The position numbers and the translations under genes were made by a program. The notes under the pieces are model-generated. The model made no database searches and was not told where the DNA came from. It saw only the letters and a list, made by a program, of their open reading frames with translations. Source: Amoebophrya sp. A120 (lineage: Eukaryota; Protista; Dinoflagellata). From it: a stretch of DNA of 64,000 bases. This document shows, in pieces, positions 1 to 13,400 of this stretch. The DNA is taken from assembly GCA_905178155.1 (NCBI GenBank), contig CAJINV010000016.1:773386-837385 (forward strand), written 5' to 3'. The stretch's first letter is position 1; each line of letters begins with the position of its first letter.

Positions 1-3000
1 GTGCACAACGCTGCTCCCTCGTCCCGCTCGTTTGTCATGCAAAATCCACCAACGTCCACAGTAAGTTGAAGTTCATCTTGCCTTCACGGACTGTCTGCGG
101 GACAGGTTCATGAACTCTCGAAATCGTGTCCTCTTCTCACTCCGGTGCGGTCGTGCAGATTTGTCATGCAGACGAGGCTCTCTGGCGGGACGTCCTGCCC
201 GTAGATCATGCGGACGAGACCGCATGACATTCACCTTGACCGATGCTTGTGTTGCTGCTGATGCCCACCTTCAAATGGGGGGGAGTGGGGACGAGGTCGT
301 GCACTCTCATACGCAAGCCGTGCCAGCTACGAAGGGGGAGCAGCCTCAATAAACATGGATGTGGAGGGTGTCACGCGGGCGTCGGGGAACGAAGGCAGGC
401 TGGGCGCGGCGGCTTCTTTTTCTCTCGACGAGGATATGAACTGCAAAAGTATCGTACTCGTATACATGCATTGCAAATTTCCTCACCATGAGAAATGAAA
501 TCTGTCATGCTGCTTTACCCGAAGAAAAAGATTTGTAATGCAAGACTTGCAATACGAGTACGATACTTATACTTTTGCAGTGGATAGAGGAGGCAAGTAA
601 AAACGGCAGGGAGAAACTGCAGCTGCTATGATCCACAGGAATTTTTTTCCCGTAGTACACGAGGACGTACAATTACAAATGCGATTACTGCATGACAAAC
701 CTTCTCGCCGATGATCCTATTCAGCATGACAAGTGGCAGGATCTGAGTTGACAAAATTTGTGAAGCATGGTTTTGTACGTGTGCTGCGGGAAAAAATGAC
801 TTGTATTGCATAGCTGCCTTGGGTGCTCAAGATGTTGGTCCGGCGTCGTGCCTATCAAATGCAAATATGTGGTCTGGGTCCTCATCTTCTTCCCTGCGTA
901 CTAGTTGTACAAAGGTCGTTTTCTACTTCCCTTTGCTGTACTGAGGTCTTGTTTATTATGTATTCCAGACAAAGAAAAGCAAAACACCAGACATATTTGC
1001 AGTTGATAGTGCCTCGTCCGAGGACGTTCTTGGGCAGCGTCGTAGCCACCAACCTGCGGAAGTCCCGGAGGGGGCAGATGAATCTGTCCTGAACAAAAGC
1101 AAAGCCGCCGAAGCGCGTCGCGGGCGCGCAGAAGAGCAAACGGAGGTTGCTGAACTGTTGCGTGTATCAAATGTAAAAATGTCTGGGTCTGGAAAGTTGT
1201 GGTGCATGTCACTGAATAATAAGGACACTGTAATGCGCCGCCAAGCATGACAAGTTTTTTCATGCTTCTGTGTTGCGTATTCCGCATGAGAAACTGCGTG
1301 TTTGCATGACAGGCTAAGTAGAGGAGCTCTTGCTTGCCACGCAATACAGATCCCAGAGTCGTGTCAGACTAGCATGACAAATCTCGCAATCTCCCAGACC
1401 CAGACATTTTTACAATGTATAGCGTGCCGAGCGGTTTCTGACGGAGGTCGAATCTCTCACCAAGGAGTATGACCCGCTCAGACGTTACAATCTCAACTGT
1501 TACAAATACAATAGAATCTGGAAATCTGTGATGCAAGAACTGCATGATCTAGCCTACTCCCATAGGATTGCGCATGACAAGTTTCGGAGTCCCAAACCCA
1601 CCTCAAATCCGGCATAATTTGTATTTCGAAGCGCTCAATTCTCTCTGCGTTCCTCATGCTCTGTATGCAATACAATTACAAATTCCAGACTCTATTGTAA
1701 CGTTTGAGATTGTAACGTTTGAGCAGGCCATAAGGAGGAAGGCCAGCACCTCGCCCGGCCGCGGAGCCGCCCGGGTCCCTCGGCGTACGAGCAACAGTAC
1801 TTCATTCCTTTGTATAATAAGTGGACCTCTTCCATCAACAGTGCGGCCACGTCGTCGCGCGACGCAGCTAGCGGCGCTTTTCCGCCGTCGCACGGCGCTT
1901 CCTTATCAAATGTAAAAATGTCTGGGTCTGGAAGATTGCCAGGTTTGTCATGCATATTTTGAATGACCCATGATGTCTGTGATGCATGCCCTAGCATTAC
2001 AGATTTTTGGAACAATTTGCGATGCCTCTACCGCATGAGAAATGCCCTCTCCGCGTAGCTCAAACTGGAGTCCTCTTGCTGGTCATGCAATACAAATTTT
2101 TTTCGAATCCAGAGACAGCATTACAAGTTTAGAATCTTCCAGACCCAGACATTTTTACAATCCATATTCCTGCGACGCGAAACAAACGCAGCACAGCAAA
2201 CGGCTGCCCATCACTACCCATGAGTATCCTGAGTAAAAACGTACCCACACCAGAGTCAGGATGGGGATTTTGCAACACAAACCTACGAGCTTTGTGAGTC
2301 ACGCATGACAAGTTGCGCTATGCGGTGTAGTGCAGGTTAGCAAGTGCAGCCGCATCACAGATTCATCTGCTCATCCTGTTCGCAGCATCACAAAATCCAA
2401 AACACGATTGGAAATGGCTCTCATGGGGATGCGCATTACAAGTCTTCCTGTCTTTGCAAATCTGCATTACAACTCTGGTGTGGGTACGTTTTTACTCAGG
2501 ATAATGAGAAAAACTGTGTTAGTCTAGGTGTTTTATTGGGGTAAGAGCAGGACAACCTACTTCCCCTGCATAACACAGATATCCTGTCATTCACAGCTTC
2601 TACGTGAAAACACATAGGATTTCACAGTGGCTTCGGCTGGCTGGCATAGCAAGGAAGTGTAACTGTGTTGCATGCTATTTACATTTCACACAGTTCTTTT
2701 CTTGCATAATCACCGACAAACCCGTCCCCGCCAGCGTATACGCTGTTCAGCAGCAGCAGTATCTTCTGTGGCAGCAGCAAGAGCAACAGTTTTACTCGCA
2801 GCACACTGCAGCAGGAACTAGTAGTGCCAGCACTGGAGTTATGCAAAGACAAAAAGTGTTACACTTACAGTTAAGTACACACTTTGTTGCAAAACGTCAG
2901 ACAAACTTTGTCATGCGCAAAATGCTTACGAGACTTTATTTTCCATGTGTGATGGGCCTTATCATCCCCGTATTGCAACAAACTTTCTCTCTCATGCAAC

Positions 3001-6000
3001 GCAAGTTTATAATGCTGAAGCTGAACTCACTACAACGAATGTGTTGTAAAAACTGGAAGGAAACACTTTATTTTTCCTTGGATATTAGGAGTCGAGCTAC
3101 CGTACCACAGAACATCTAGTCGCGGACCAAGCGCCGGCGCTACAACCTCCAACGGCGCAGCTGCACTCGGCTTCGACATTGATATGACCTCCAGGAGCGC
3201 AGGAGCCGGAGCCCCAGGTGCAGGAGCCACTGCGAACAGCTCGGAGTTGGATAGAACTGCGACTGCTGGTGGTGGTCCCACATCAACATCTTCAACTCGA
3301 GGAAATTGTACCGACACGATGTTTGTCGCCGGGGGCCCCGCTGCTCCACATCTCGGCTATAATAATCACACCGCTTCCAGTACAAGTACTTCGCTAGTAA
3401 ACGACGGCAACCTTTACCACCGGGAAGCGGGTGGTGCAGGAGCACCTGTTTCGTCGAGCACCAATGGCCCGCAGCTACATGTACATCAACACCAGCACCG
3501 GCCCTGCGACATGGTAGATGTCAGTGACCCGATGACTTCCACGCAAGGCGTTCTTTTTGATCACGTTTCTACCTGTTCCGTTGTTGCACCACATCAAGAA
3601 TTACTCGCCCCGCACCATCACCCCTACAATACGGCTTCGACTGGTGGAGGCCGCGAGCGCGACTTTTTTGGAACAAATCTCCACCCCGCGCGGGGACGCA
3701 CCGCTGGTTCTGCGTTTGGCAATATGAACAATCATGTCGCATCTATAATTCCAGCACCAGCAGGAGCCGACTACTACACAAGAAGTTCTTGCTCTGTGGT
3801 ACACCCGAGTGCGGGCGGGACTAGTGCTGCTACTGCAACGACATCAGCAGCTTCGGCTGGTAATGCAGCGTTTCTTGGCCGCTCGTCCTCTGGCGCGGCG
3901 TACAAATACAACAATTACCCCAATCACCTGCAACCGCCGCCGCGATCATTATGAGAGTGCACAACCCCTCCTCCTCCTGATTTGTCGCGCAAGAGACCAA
4001 ATATTTTTCCAGGCTGTGGTGCCTCTTAGCACTGTGTGCATGACAAGTTCTGGCAAAATCCCAAATAGCATTACTACACTCCACGTGTGGAGATTTGTCA
4101 TGCAAAACCGGCATTGCTGCTGACGCTTGTAGTGCCGTTCATGCTATACATAGTACAAATGAGGGGAAGGGGGGGCTGTCCACTCGCATAGCGATCCGGG
4201 CGCGCCGCCGGGGACCTTCTGCGAGACCACCCATCTTCGAATCCGGCCATGGACTGGTTTTACCATCGGATTGAGGTTCTCGGCAATATGGATCGCAAAT
4301 ATGTCTGGTTCTGGAAGAATGTTGGCCGTGTTTGTCATGCATCTTTTGGATTCTGCAAATGGTCTGCCATGCACTTAAAAGCATGCCAGCTTTTGCGCAG
4401 GCCTTCTGATGCCTATCCTGCATGAAAAAATCGCGGCTTGCGTAGCAAGAAATGGGCAGGCCTTTTGGCGCTCATGCAATACAAATTTTTGTCTATTCCA
4501 TAATCCGCATCACAAGTTGCAATCTTCCAGACCCAGACATATTTGCAGCTGATAGGCAATGAGCAGCTGCAAAACTGGGATCAGGGATTCGACATCATGG
4601 AGCTCGAGCTTGAGGTTTTGAAGAAACAGAAACGAAAAGCGAGCAGTAAAGACGCAATCTCGTCGTGTGGTCCTCCTGCTGCGGAAAAAGATGACAAATC
4701 TTCTATTACAGCGACCGATGGTGCGATGACTCGGATCCATCCGTCCGCTGGCGAGGAGATGAACAAACCGCTCCAAAGTCGACGCAACGGCGAGGATGAA
4801 CTGCAAACAGGTCCTACTAGTTGTACCTCCGGAGCAAGTTCTTGCGCGGTGGAAGTAGATCAAGCTGCGAACAAAACTACTTCTACGGGGAATGCAGCTT
4901 CTACTGCGCAAAATCATTCCACCACGACCGGGTGTTCAACAACGTCCTCCTCCTCGGCGTCGTGCAGTACGGCCGGTTGTCAAACCAAGCCCACGTCTTC
5001 CACCACCACCACCACCACGACTAAAGCGGAGTTTTTATCCTGAGTAAAAATAATGTCCCCACCCCAGAGTCAAGATGGGGACTTGGACTTCGCAACACAA
5101 ACCTAGAAGCTTTGGGACTCGCGCATCACAACTTTCAGTCCGTAGCGTAGTGCAGGTTAGCAAGGACAAACGCATCACAATTCCATCTGCTTATCCTGGT
5201 TACAACATTACAAATTTTTCAAAAACACAACTAGAAATGCCTCTCATGGAGATGCGCATTACAAATGTTCTTGCTCTTGCAAATCTGCATGACAACTCTG
5301 GGAGGGGGACGCTTTTACAAATGATAGTTTTTCAAGCTCCTGCCTTTCTTGCACCGGCGGACGGAGCAGTGCGGTTTCGAGGCGCTGGACCGGTACGAGG
5401 GTAATCCGAAGCTATCGAAATGGAAAATCCCCCCTCCCCACATCAAAACGAAATTTCTGATGCCGGATTTGCGTACACAAATCAGATTTGTCTTGCAGTA
5501 GGGGACTGCAGGCCCATATCATGCCAATGTAGAGAGGTTTTCGCCTAGGCAAGTAGGATGAGGAACGTCTATGCTGTAGGCCTAATAGCATTACAAACCG
5601 CCTGCATAATGGGGTGGGGCCTATGCCGTTGCTTTCTTGCAAGACAGATTTGTGGTCACAAACACAAATCAGCATCACAAATTCTCTAAGGCGTGCCTTT
5701 TCGATTATATGGGGACGAGGGAGCATTTTTCCTCACGATAGACGCTGCAGCAGATTCGGCAGACCTACCGCATCAAGAACATTGGGGTGAACCCGCACTT
5801 TGCCCACCTGTTTCGCGATTTGGGTCTGGTAGACAACCATACCAAATGTAAAAATGTCTGGATCTGGAAACTTGTGATGCTGGGTGGCGTCTCATGGTGA
5901 GGCCACAATTGCTGGCTCAGCATGACAAGTTTCTGAGCTTCTAGGTGTTGCCTATTCTGCATGACAAACTGCGTTTCTGCATCACAGAAAAATGGAGCTC

Positions 6001-8762
6001 TTGGGTAACGTGCATGACAGATTTAAGAGTCATGCCAGACAAGCATGACAAACATACACTCTTCCAGACCCAGACATAATTTTTACAGTTGATAAGCCAG
6101 CAGATCAAGCAATTCGTCAAGAAATTCGTCAAGGATCCCGGTTTATGCATTGCAAAAGTATCGTACTAGTATAAATTGCATTACAAATTAGCCCAGCATT
6201 ACAAATTGAATTTGTATTGCTGATTTGCCTTGAGAAAGAAATTTGTAATGCATAAATGCAATTACAACTACGAGTGCGATACTTTTGCACAGGATACGGG
6301 TCCGTATGATGTGCAAATATAATGTCGGAGTCTGGAAGACTGCAAGACTTGTAATGCTCCGCTGACAGGAGAGAAAGATGTGTCATGCATGTTGCGCTAC
6401 CAGGCGAATTCTTTGTTATGCAAAAACGTAATTCCAATTTCTCATGCAGTGTACGCAAGACCTAGCCGATCAGAAACTTGTCAAGCGCGTCCCCATATTG
6501 GAGGTTGCTTTATGATTCGCAAACTGGCATCACAACTTTCCAGCCATTATATTTGCAATGCATAGTCCGGACTGATTCTGCGGAACCAGACGCGAATCTG
6601 CACGAGGGCGCAGCTGCTCCAGGCGGTCACGGGCCAGCGTTATCCTGTGCAAAAGTATCGTACTCGTATTGTAATCATGCATTACAAATCCTGTTCTTAA
6701 GGCAAACTAGCATTACAAATTTTATTTCTCATCGTGCTGAGGGAATTTGTCATGCATTTATACGAGTACGATACTTTTGCAGTTCATAAGCGCGCAACCA
6801 TGACAAATGGGGAGGAATTCGCTGGAAAGGTACGCGACATTGTATTGAGTTTACCGATGCTTGAGCCAAGAATAGGTGTCACTGCGGGGGTGTACGAAGC
6901 CCATTTTTGCTTTCGTAACGACCCTGAAGTTTTTTTTTCATCTGTGAAGTCATCTCTCCATCCCTGGCGAGCAGTTGCATTTCTTGGTTTGTGTGCTAGA
7001 CCACGCAAGTAACGAAAGCTCACTGTCACACCAAAACCACGTCAGGTTCGCATTCTCTTGTCCGTCTACGGGAGTTTTGCTCTTTATCTTGGCAAAATCT
7101 TTTCAGAAAACAATTGTGTAGAAGTTGAGTAGAAGTACATAAGTGCGTATCATTCATTGCGGACCCACTTTTTACTCCCGGCAAACCTTTGGAAATTCAA
7201 GACTTGTCATTTGACTGAAGATCATGCAAGAAGCACTTGTTTCTTGCACGTTGGTGGTTCACCATGGAGGATGACGATGAGGAATTGTATCTGGAAAAGA
7301 TTTTGCCAGGTGCATAGTTCGAAACACTTACCGCAAAAGTGGAACAAATTTTTCGGCAGCTGCAGTAGTAGTGATAGCTCCTCCACCTGTGCAGCAGCAG
7401 CAGCTTCTGCAGCTTCACCGGCCACCAGACCAGGAGCTCCTACGACAGATGTTGTTTCTGAGTCCTTTTCTGCCACCAGCACAGCTTCGTACGCCGAGGC
7501 GTTGCGACAGGTGATGGCAGAGAACGAAGAAAATGGAGGATCTTCTTCTTCTTCGTCTTCTTCTAGTCAGGATGTCGACGAACAAGTTGTGGACCAAAAG
7601 AGCAAGCTGCAGCTGCCAGTACACAACGGGATCACGACGAGTAAGAACAAAGGCGACGAAAAACAAGATCTCCTCACGAGCGGCGCAAATGAAGATACGA
7701 CTAAGTTCAACAACAAAGATGACAGCACGACGAAACAAGTTCTTTGTGCAGACCGCGACGAGTGGCAGTTTGTGAAGGCGCTGCTGGAAAAGGAGCTGCG
7801 GGGGGTGGTGAGCTAAGCAGTGCAAAAATACTTAATTGTGGGGTCGTACAACTGCTATTGCTATTGCATTAATATACAAATTTTGTCAGAAGTAGCTCTA
7901 GATGGGAACAAGATCGAGTGTGTCATGCAGATGTAGGTGAGATAGAATTAGAAAGAGATGAAACACATTCATTCTTTCACACAAACGCAATTTAGCAACT
8001 ACTAGTGCGGTCGTTGCGATACTTTTGCACAGGATACGAGGTTTATTTCCAGGCACCCGGCGTCGGGGAGTTTTGCAGATGGCAGTTCGGGTGCGGCTCG
8101 TGGGATGAAAAGGAAGACGCAGGAGAGAGTTCTTGCGGAAGAAGATGTTGCGGAAAAGGAAGACGCAAAAAGTAAACACGACGCGGGACGAAGCAAAACA
8201 CAAGTAGAAGAACATGTGAGGACCATCAACAACTCAGCAGAGGTGGTTGAGATACAGGAGCTACTTCTCGAGGAGACTGGTGCGAATAGCGTTTCAGCGG
8301 ACGCCGTATCGAATGCAAAAATGTCTGGGTCTGGAACGTAGCAATCTGCGATGCTGCCTTTGGATTCTACATCAAATCTGTATTGCATGAACAGCAAAAG
8401 AGGTCCTTTTTTTGCTACGCGGAGGGGGCATTTCTCATGCGGTATGGGCATTAGAAAGTCGTCACAAATAAATCTGTGACGCTAGGGCATGCATCACAGA
8501 CATCATCGGTCATGCAAAATGTGCATGACATTCTTCCGGACCCAGACATACTAATTTGCAATGCATACGCTGTCACGCCAGACGAAATCGAGCTGGGAAA
8601 AGAACTGCCGTGGGCAGACGAGGTATTGCAATGGTTAGAGAAGAATTAATGACGATAAAGTCCAAAGAGTACAACTTCTATTCATTTTCGTATCTGTGTT
8701 GTCTGAGCACGCAGGTAAGTAACTGCAAGAATGAATTTTTAAGCGTGCAACGAAGCTCGTGA
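1..8762 (+). CDS. Large multi-exon protein of unknown function (5'-partial), interrupted by 18 TIR introners and a few GT-AG introns
   Basis: Removing each TAT...ATA element plus one DR joins exons in frame: ...SLDEEASKNGREKLQLPWVLKMLVRRRASSED...AERFLTEVESLTKE...DWFYHRIEVLGNEQLQ...AEFFKLLPFLHRR...KFVKDPGSGLILRNQ...ELGKELPWADE. No recognisable domain; exon structure at 6830-7160 and the 3' end are uncertain. Confidence 0.7.
435..586. mobile_element. Introner family C (TIR core GCAAAAGTATCGTACTCGT)
   Basis: TAT...ATA, DR gagga/gagga. Confidence 0.85.
627..812. mobile_element. Introner, singleton TIR
   Basis: TAT...ATA, DR gctgc/gctgc, imperfect TIR ttttttcccgtagtacac/gtgtgctgcgggaaaaaa. Confidence 0.75.
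853..1008. mobile_element. Introner family A (TIR core AAAATGTCTGGGTCTGGAA), short
   Basis: DR gtgcc/gtgcc. Confidence 0.8.
1165..1421. mobile_element. Introner family A
   Basis: DR gcgtg/gcgtg. Confidence 0.9.
1468..1732. mobile_element. Introner family D (TIR TATGACCyGCTCArACGTTACAATCTCAA)
   Basis: DR aggag/aggag. Confidence 0.9.
1904..2166. mobile_element. Introner family A
   Basis: DR ttcct/ttcct. Confidence 0.9.
2225..2503. mobile_element. Introner family B (TIR TATCCTGAGTAAAAACGTACCCACACCAGAGT)
   Basis: Perfect 32-bp TIR, DR atgag/atgag; near-identical to 12131-12409. Confidence 0.92.
2840..3087. mobile_element. Degenerate introner, singleton
   Basis: DR ggagt/ggagt, right end gata-tta; removal joins ORFs in frame. 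Confidence 0.65.
3950..4190. mobile_element. Introner family E (TIR TATGArAGTGCACAACyCC)
   Basis: TAT...ATA; DR gcgat offset by 3 nt on the left. Confidence 0.75.
4287..4554. mobile_element. Introner family A
   Basis: DR ggcaa/ggcaa. Confidence 0.9.
5036..5326. mobile_element. Introner family B
   Basis: DR gtttt/gtttt. Confidence 0.85.
5413..5740. mobile_element. Introner family F (TIR core GGAAAAATCCCCCTCCC)
   Basis: DR gaagc/gacgc. Confidence 0.8.
5840..6094. mobile_element. Introner family A (TAC start)
   Basis: DR aacca/agcca; paralog of 12458 and 43522. Confidence 0.88.
6144..6296. mobile_element. Introner family C
   Basis: DR cggtt/cgggt. Confidence 0.85.
6305..6564. mobile_element. 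Introner family A, diverged
   Basis: DR gtccg/gtccg. Confidence 0.8.
6641..6788. mobile_element. Introner family C
   Basis: DR agcgt/agcgc. Confidence 0.88.
7814..8036. mobile_element. Degenerate introner family C
   Basis: Left end taagcagtgcaaaa, right end gatacttttgcacaggata, DR tgagc/cgagg; removal joins ORF 7157 to ORF 8105 in frame. Confidence 0.65.
8307..8567. mobile_element. Introner family A (reverse orientation relative to 1904)
   Basis: DR cgccg/cgctg. Confidence 0.85.
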
Positions 8763-10470
8763 ACACGGGGAAGTGTATGATCAAGATCGGTATCAGGATA
8801 GGCAGGACGTTATCAAATTTATCAGAATCAATCAAACTAGTTGTAAAAATTTATGCTCGAGGTCTCTGTACGTCTATGTGTACTCGTCACGGGCCTGCAC
8901 AGTTCCTCCTGACAGCATCCACAGTCAAATGAACTACAACTTTTTCAGTTATATCAGAAAACGACAAGTGTACCTACGGTATGAGAAGTGAATAACTATT
9001 GGACCACGAGAAAGCACGCGCGAGGTCAACAAATAGCATTTTATTATTTTATCCTCCACCTCCGAAGGCGGCGATCCGAATCCGATCAGTCTGATGTCTG
9101 TGTTGAGCTTGATGCACAAATGATGGAATGGATCGAGGACGAGGTGTAGTACTACTTACTTAGTTTCATCGGAGCCCACGTCTCATCTGATCGGCGGTGT
9201 CTTCTTCAAAAATTCCGCCGCACCTAGTATTGCAGTCTCTTTGATGTTGAACTATTTATCTTGAAGCTTGTGCTGAATTCAAGTCAGTGTCGAATTGCGA
9301 TGTGTGAAATGAACTTGTACTTTTGATGGCTATTAGTTTCTGTGGCATTGTTGATGATCAATCAAGTGGTGCTGCTTTGTGGTCCAACGATCTGGAAGAT
9401 AAATTGGCAGAAATGTATACCTGTCTGTCAACCAGTGTCGATGTCGTCACACCAGCACAGGAGAGCCCCTCTGCCTGTTGTTGTTCCGAGGTGAACAGTT
9501 TTAGGCGCAATTTACTTGGGCGGGGACCAAAACTGCCACCGCTGGGAATACGAGAGGTCTAGGGTGGTAGTCGAGAAAACGTTTTTATGTGAAAAACAGG
9601 CGACGACGTGGACATTCAAGCCGCACAATGAACCGATCGGGCATGATTTCCGAAAAAGGGTTTCTTTCAATTTCGTTTTCTCTGATTTTTTTCCGTTTTT
9701 CGCCCCTGTACTTGTTTTGTGTTTCGTCTTTTTGGAGGTTTCGTTTTCCTGCTGAGGTTGCATTGTTTCGTCCGTGCCGAGGGTGGTGCTGATACGAAAA
9801 GGATCAGTATCTTGCGGCCTTGACATCAAAACTTCCATCTCCAATTGAGGATCAACATATTCAGCTTTTTCCGAGAAGTTCGCTATATATGATGTTCAGG
9901 ACGATTTCTTTGGGACGGCCCTTTGAAAGCGACGTTTTCTTGTCGTCTTGAGAATGAAACGCACGCATTTTTTAGTGCGATCTTTAGGTGGTGGCCCGTA
10001 GTTGTTACATGTAGGGACTAGACCATCAACATCAACTTGAACATGTTCTGCACCACCAAGCCGGTCTGGTTACTCTAGGACGGCGGCATGTGTCGTATGC
10101 TAACTGTAAGAAGCTGATTTTTTATGTATGAGTTCTTACATTGGCTTTACTTGTTTGATCCCGCCACAATTTTCTTGAAATTGAATGTCAAGATGAAGTT
10201 TGCGTTGTGAGTTCATCCGGGCGGAAGAGGTATTAAGGGTCAGAGAAACTACTGTGCCCACTTCTCGTGGCTCGTCTTCCTCTTCGCGTCGCCGCAACAT
10301 TTCTGCGTGCAAGGAGCAGCGGGATCGAGTGGAGGGAAGTACTGCATCCTCGCAATTTATTATACGGAAAAACCGAAAGTAGAGTGTCCAGCTCCAGCAC
10401 GACGCGGACGCTGTTCAAGAACCACCGTGCAGCTCGTCTTGAGGCAGCTACTGGCTACTAGCAGTGCAAA

Positions 10471-13400
10471 ATGAGCATGCGAGGCAAAGCAGTTTCGTCC
10501 TCCAGTGGGGCAACCTCCGGGGGGTCTCCTGGCAGCCCTAACGCCTCGGCAAGGCAACGAGGGTCGAAGGAGCTTGACGAGACCAGTACCAGCCCGACAA
10601 ATCGCGGGTCCACAAATGGCGCAGCGCGAACAAGCAAAGAGATCGTCGCGCCAGCATCTTTATCAAATGCAGATATGTCTGGGTCTGGAAGAGTCATGCT
10701 GCTTTTGCATGACAAAGAAGGTCTGGCATGGGAGCTCTAGCATCACAGGTTTCGAGAAGCTTCCGCTATGCCGAATCCGCATGGCAAATGCCCCATTTGG
10801 GTGACAGAAAGTGGGCAGCTTTTGCTGCCTGCGCATGAGAGATTTTTATGCGTTGTGAAATGCGCATCACAACCACAAGTTTGCATTCTTCCAGACCCAG
10901 ACATATTTGCATTTGATAATCTTCTAGCGCGGTTTCCTATGCGGTATCAAGCGGGACATGATGGAAAACAGTGGCGTTTTTATTTGGTTTCACTTCAGTA
11001 CTTTGTCGCGTTCGTCGCAACAATAATTTATAACTTTCTGCCGCCCACTCAGTGTCAGTATCATTCAGCTTTCGAAAGTTTGCAGAGGCTCAAAAGACTT
11101 GGATTATAGGTAAATCCATCCTAGCTCCTATGCGCTGGCGCCCCACAAGCTGCATGTGAAAACGCTTGGTTTCACGACGTCATGATGTCCGTTCCATACC
11201 CTACGACGATATTCTACATGAGCCTGAACTTTGCGGTCTCGGTGCTGATTGTATCAAATGTAAAAATGTCTGGGTCTGGAAGAATGCGCGATTTGTCATG
11301 CAGCTTTTCCATGACCCATGAAGTGTGGAATGCAGGACCTAGCATGACAGATTCTGTGCGATCTCTCTCATGCCCATCCTGCATGAGAAACTCCCTCCCG
11401 ACTTGGTCAAAACTGGACGACTTTTGGTAATCACGCAACACAGATTTTTGCATGTTTCAGATTTAGCATGACAAGCTGCATTCTTCCAGACCCAGACATT
11501 TTTACAGTCGATAGATTGTGTGGGTAAACAAATTCGCCTTCCAGCAGGGGTTCCGTATCAAGATGAAATTTGTGCTGATCCGGGATCTTGTGAAAAATGT
11601 GGTGATCTTGGTGATGCTCTTACTTATTTTCGTCAGCATGGTGAAGAGGTAAAGTAGATAACAGAAGATAAGACGGAAAGATGACAGAGGATAAGACGCC
11701 GCACGCACACTGGATCAGGATATTGCCCATTTGTTTCATACGCCGATGGAACATTTCCCTGACGACACTACATTTCCTGTTCACCTACATTGGCTTGGAA
11801 ATAAGCGCCAGGTTTTCATTTTTGGTCTTTGTTTTTTGATATGGGAAGAAAAGACTTTATGCTTAGTAGCTATGTCATGCGTTCGATGCGCTCCACCAAA
11901 ACCAGTGCCAGCGAGCGACGACTAGTTTACTGTGGACTGAAGAACTTCTTGATCGTCAACAGCACGTCCTCGCGCGGCGAATTTATTTGTTTTTCTGCAT
12001 AAGGAGAAACAAACTCTTTTTCTTTTAGGTTCTTCAACCTGTTTGAGCCCGTGAAGATCCCGGCCCGGAAAGTCGCCCCGATGTGCGCCGCCTTTTGCGG
12101 CTTTGTGGTGTTTAACAACCTTTCTCTGCATATCCTGAGTAAAAACGTACCCACACCAGAGTCAGGATGGGGATTTTGCAACACAAACCTAGGAGTTTTG
12201 TGAGTCACGCACGACAAGTTGCACTATGCAGTGTAGTGCAGGTTAGCAAGTGCAGCCGCATCGCAGATTCATCTGCTCATCCTGTTGACAGCATCACAAA
12301 TTCCAAAAAACGACTGGAAATGGCTCTCATGGGGATGCGCATTACAAGTCTTCCTGTCTTTGCAAATCTGCATTACAACTCTGGCGTGGGTACGTTTTTA
12401 CTCAGGATACTGCAGTACAACCCGGTCGGCGTGTACCAATTGTTGAAAGTGTTAACCTACCAAATGTAAAAATGTCTGGGTCTGGAAACTTGTGATGCTG
12501 GGCGGCGTCTCATGATAAGGCAACAGATTTCGGCTCAGCATGACAAGTTCCTGAGCTCCTAGGTGTTGCCTATTCTGCATGACAAACTGCGCTTCTGCAT
12601 CACAGAAAAGCGAAGTTCTTGGGTAACGTGCATGACAGATTTAAGAGTCATGCCAGACAAGCATGACAAACATGAACTCTTCCAGGCCCAGACATTTTTG
12701 CATTTGATATAACCACACCTGTCATCGTCGTTCTACAGAAAGCCACGCTTCCGACGAGCCAGATGCTGGCGCTGATCCCCACCTGCGTGGGCGTCGTACT
12801 GGCCACGGTGACGCACTTGGACGCCAACCTGCTGGGCGGCATCTTCGGCACCCTGGGCATACTCAGCACCTCCTTCTACCAAATCTGGGTCAAGTCAGAA
12901 CAGGTATAGAGTATTGCCATCGATGAATGATGTTGTGCGCTGCCCATGAGAAATTTAAATTTTTGCAAGCCAGCTGCTGCTCGACCAGCAGCTGCAGGGT
13001 TACATTTCATCTACCGTCAGAAGAAAAATTCGAAACCTGTCAGGACGCCCTGAAAGTGAGCGCTCCGCAGCTCCTCTACAACCAGAGCTTTTGGAGTTTC
13101 TGGGCGCTTCTTCTCTTATCTCCTTTCGTCGAAGAGGTTTTTCATGATACGGGAAGGAAAATTGACTTCTGTAGAAAAGAACTGCAGAACAAGAAAATGA
13201 AGTACACTGACTCCACGTGGTTGTAACTAAACACGGTTTCGTTGCTCTGGGATTTTTGCCACGACTCCCACATGTTGCAGTTCTCAGTCTGCATTTTTTT
13301 TCATTGATCTCTGCATTCATACATGGAGTAAGTGGTCGTGCTAGCTTTGGATGCTGCAGGTGCGGAGTCGGTGGCAAAACAAAGAAGCGTACCGCAACAG

